DNA from: Chlorokybus atmophyticus | Taxonomy: Eukaryota; Plantae; Mesostigma and Chlorokybus algae | Reading direction: 5' to 3' | Assembly (NCBI GenBank): GCA_009103225.1 | Contig: RHPI01002090.1 | Span: forward strand, 1,597,932-1,661,931 | Length of the DNA: 64,000 nucleotides | Shown here: positions 60,513 through 64,000 of the stretch, one piece after another | Position numbering within the stretch: the stretch's first letter is position 1 | Layout: the number at the start of each line of letters is the position of its first letter | The notes under the pieces: generated by a model | Databases searched by the model: none | What the model saw: only the letters and a program-made list of their open reading frames with translations | Told to the model about the DNA's origin: nothing | Position numbers and translations under genes: made by a program

Positions 60513-62993
60513 CGCTGACAGTGGGCTAGGCCACTACACACAGTGCTTTTCACCAAATCGGCTGAAAACCTACCCAAACAGACCTGTCCAACAGAGTCCT
60601 GCAATGTTGTGTAATACTATGCCTAAAAAGACATCAGTGTCAAGCCTGGTAACACGGCACCGCCGCCAACGCTGCTGCAGCCATGGCGTTTAGGGTTTGC
60701 TGGCCTGGAGAGCTTGCTGCGTGCATCAGTGCCGGTATTTTTGGCTTGCAAGTTTTGCACACGAGCAGTCACGGGCAGTCTGCCCTCGGTATAAGCACAT
60801 GACATACGTACAGGTTTGATGTCACGGAGTACACACAGTATACACGAAGTCTTTCTTTCGCGCACTGCTATCCATGAATGAAGCACGAATGAAGTGCGAC
60901 TTGAACTGAAAGTGAGATTACTTTGTATTGAAGTAATGCACATGAAAACATGCCACACCGTCGCGTTAAGATAAATCTTATTAATGTACTTTAATTCGAC
61001 ACAACATCAGCGACACAACTCGTTGTATACGAAAATTATGTTGTATGTGGCATAACTATTCTTATGTTTACCATTATCCGTTTTTGTGGAGGGTTGCATC
61101 TATTAAATAGGCTATGCCACACATGCAAAATCATGCTGACGCATTTGCACACTCAAACCAAGCCAGCAAACAAACAATAAAATATATTACTATATATCGT
61201 ACTTGGAATACAATGTGCTGTTAATATTTGTATAAAGGTGACTTTATACAATAGTACATACTTAATACTTCAACATACAACCACTCTTCAAATGTTGTCT
61301 TATACTATAACAATTGTGTATATTTCAACCAACGGTGGAGTCGCGATAAAGCAAGCTCAAGGGTTTCGAAGGGGTTACAACAGAGCAGCAAGTGTGCAAG
61401 TGGTGCATGTTCAGCAACAATGCAGCAAACTCGATTTGTATGGGGGCCAAGGCAGAGTTAACTTGACTATTGCTTAGAAAGACCGCTAGGATCGCTAGGA
61501 CAACCCTCAAGCAACATCAATATAGAGGAGGGGCAACCAACAGCAAGAAGTAGAACAACCTACAGAGAGAGCGCAGGGAGGAGGAAGAGGTCATCATGCT
61601 TAAGCATTCAATTGCAACCTTGATAATAAGGCATCCATTACACACCTCATGATGTGCACGTCATATGCGATGCAGGAAAGCTATGACATGCATGAGATTG
61701 TGAGGCATGCAATGCAAGCAACTCACCACATCACCAAGAGCTCATGGCCACCACCAGGCTGTCAACTTACTCACTCACTACCTACCTAAGTACCCTCACC
61801 ATTAACGCAACCCTGTTAGATATACATGCATGCATACACGTGTAACTACCTGCACGCAACGGCATGGGTAACATCTCACAATCAGCAGGCAGCGGGTACA
61901 ACACATGTGCGCTTCACCAGGCTGTGCACGTACAGGTCACACTTCATACACGCCATGGTGGAGCTGCTAGTGGCGATGTGGACAGATGGCCACCCCTTGA
62001 GACGCCTGCTGGCGACACTAAGACAAAGAATGATGAGTGCACAAGCGCATGTATACTGCACACCGCCCGCTCTGCTCTACAAGGTGGCGTATGCAGCGCT
62101 GAAGCGTCACCCCAAAGCGCAACAACAAGAGGACGGGGAGCAGGTTGATCGGTGAACACAGCTTGCCCGTGCAAAGGACCCAGCCCCACCAATCCCACCA
62201 CCCAACCCAACCCAACCCGACTCTAAGCAGAACATGTACTGCACAAGAGCACATAAGCGGCACAAGCCAAGTGCCTCCAGCACTGCACGCACAGCACTGC
62301 GATGGACGGTGCGTGAGGGTTCATGCAGCACCGCACTGCAAGCAACAGGGCAACAAGCAGCAGAAGCGCAGGGAGGTGGGGGAGGAGAGGGCGAGGGAGT
62401 TGTCGTCGCTGATGCTCGTGTGCATGTGGACAACTGACAACCACTGTGCAAGCCCGCGAGGCCGGGTACTTCATGCATGTACTGACTGCTATGGCTAACC
62501 GGGTGTTGGTGGAGTAGGTAGTAAAGTTAGCTAGTGACAGTAGCCCGGTGGTCTACATGAACGGTGTTTGACTGCGTGTGGACACTAAGTATGGTGGCTT
62601 CAGAGGCTGCAGAACTCCATGCCAGCTTGCAGACCGTAAGGATACCTGTGACTACACCTACCACCGCTCTTTGCACAATTAGCGCATCTGCTGCATGACA
62701 GACAAGGGGTATGCTAATAAGAGACAACACTCCATTGGCACGCCTACCACTGAATCTAGTCACACAACTACCGCGCACAAATCCTGTACAGACATAGAAC
62801 CATGTCCGAACACCCAAGCAGTAGTGATGGGTTTTGTTGGTGCACACAATGCATACAAGCTCTTCGACATACTATACACCTACTCACACACAAGTACCAC
62901 AGCCCTACATGAGCAACAGTGGATGGCAAACCAGTGCAAATCCTGTACAGAACTGAACCTCAATCTTCATTTGAGGGCGAGTCACCAGGACCA

Positions 62994-64000
62994 TTATGCG
63001 GGTAGCATGTCTTGGCCGCATTGGTTGACAAGTTGCTGGGAGAGATGGAACAGACTGTCCATCGCATTGCGTGCTAAACTCAGAGCATTGTCCCGTTGCG
63101 TCAGCTCTGAGCGGATCTGCTCAAGTTCTGCACTGGCTTCGTAAAGATTGGCAGTTTGTAGTTCTATGTCCTGCACAAAGTCCTCGATTTCATCGTCAAC
63201 TTGGTCCAGTTCTCTATGTGCATCCTCCACCAGGCACTGACTTAAGCTGGACAATGCCTTCAGTGCTTGCATTGCGCTGCTCATCTCAGTAAGCGCCCCC
63301 TCTGCTGAATTCATCTCAGTTGAGGATACCTCCAGTGCTCTGCCTTGCTGCTGGAGCTGCAGCCTCAACACCTGCAACAGACAACAGCGAATCAGCTAGG
63401 CATTGAGACACTGTGCTTGTTGTACAGCTAGCGCTCAGACATACCTCAAGCTCCTGCTCTTTGGCCTGCAGTGCAGCAAGAATACCAACCAGTTCCTCGT
63501 CCTTGGACACCAGTTGACGCTTGGCATCCAGCAGCTCCTGTTGTGTCGATGCAAGGGACATCCGTGCGTTCTCCAACTCCTCTGGCAGTGCCACAGCAGC
63601 ATCACTGACATGAATTTGCTCAAGTTCCGCAATCTTGTTCTGAAGTTGTCGGTTTGTTGCAGAGAGTTCCATGACATGCTGGTGAAGTGCAACAGTGCTC
63701 GTCTCATGCAACTCCAAGTCCACTTCAAGAGTTGTATCCAGCAACAGCGACTTGGACAATGCCGCAATGGCTTGCACAACAGAGGTGGCCGTGCTGAGCT
63801 GCTTTGCTTGTGTATCCACACTGCTTGAAAGGGTCCCTATCTTCACATCCTTGCATGCAACCAGATCACGAAGCTCGAACAACTCCGCTTCTTTGACTTG
63901 AAGAGTTTTCATAGCCTGCAAGCATATTGGGCCTAAGCAAATGCACCAGCAATTGGCGCAAGCTGCAATCCAACCATTGCTGGCAACTGTGCATAAATAA
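62994..64000 (-). CDS. 3' part of a long coiled-coil protein gene (starts beyond the window)
   Basis: Heptad-rich exons 63921-~63420 and ~63370-62994 (e.g. LELHETSTVALHQHVMELSATNRQLQNKIAELEQ) joined by a GT-AG intron. Confidence 0.7.

Noticed and set aside
60900-62900. Several short ORFs on both strands
   Set aside because: No consistent exon chain or homology; likely UTR/intergenic.

Overview
Intron-rich eukaryotic nuclear DNA, most likely from a flagellate-capable, early-diverging streptophyte or prasinophyte-grade green alga. This is inferred from a nuclear ndhN gene, axonemal CFAP77/CFAP53 genes and short GT/GC-AG introns. Two parts. (1) 1-~22,200 is a nest of mobile elements. The first is a large (>=9.5 kb, runs off the left edge) terminal-inverted-repeat DNA element. 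It ends in CGTCGCAA, has 53-bp subterminal tandem repeats, and carries four genes: an apparently intact zinc-finger/Tudor/phage-type C5 cytosine methyltransferase fusion, a RING-finger ORF, a disrupted zinc-finger/OTU protease gene and an intact 7-exon unknown gene. It is inserted into the integrase of a decayed Ty3/Gypsy retrotransposon, which itself carries a DNMT3-like methyltransferase domain between protease and RT. Two ~1.5 kb non-autonomous relatives of the DNA element lie nested one inside the other at 18,800-21,822, each with 9-bp TIRs and a 2-bp TSD. (2) ~22,400-64,000 is ordinary host gene space: ndhN, an SLC35B-type nucleotide-sugar/PAPS transporter, an intron-containing tRNA-Tyr, USE1, RtcB, GPN2, a small Tat-targeted thylakoid peptide, CFAP77, glutamine-dependent NAD synthetase, NF-X1, CFAP53 and a truncated coiled-coil gene, plus two assembly gaps. 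Family assignments come from motif recognition by eye, with no database searches. Exon boundaries were deduced manually and are approximate unless stated.
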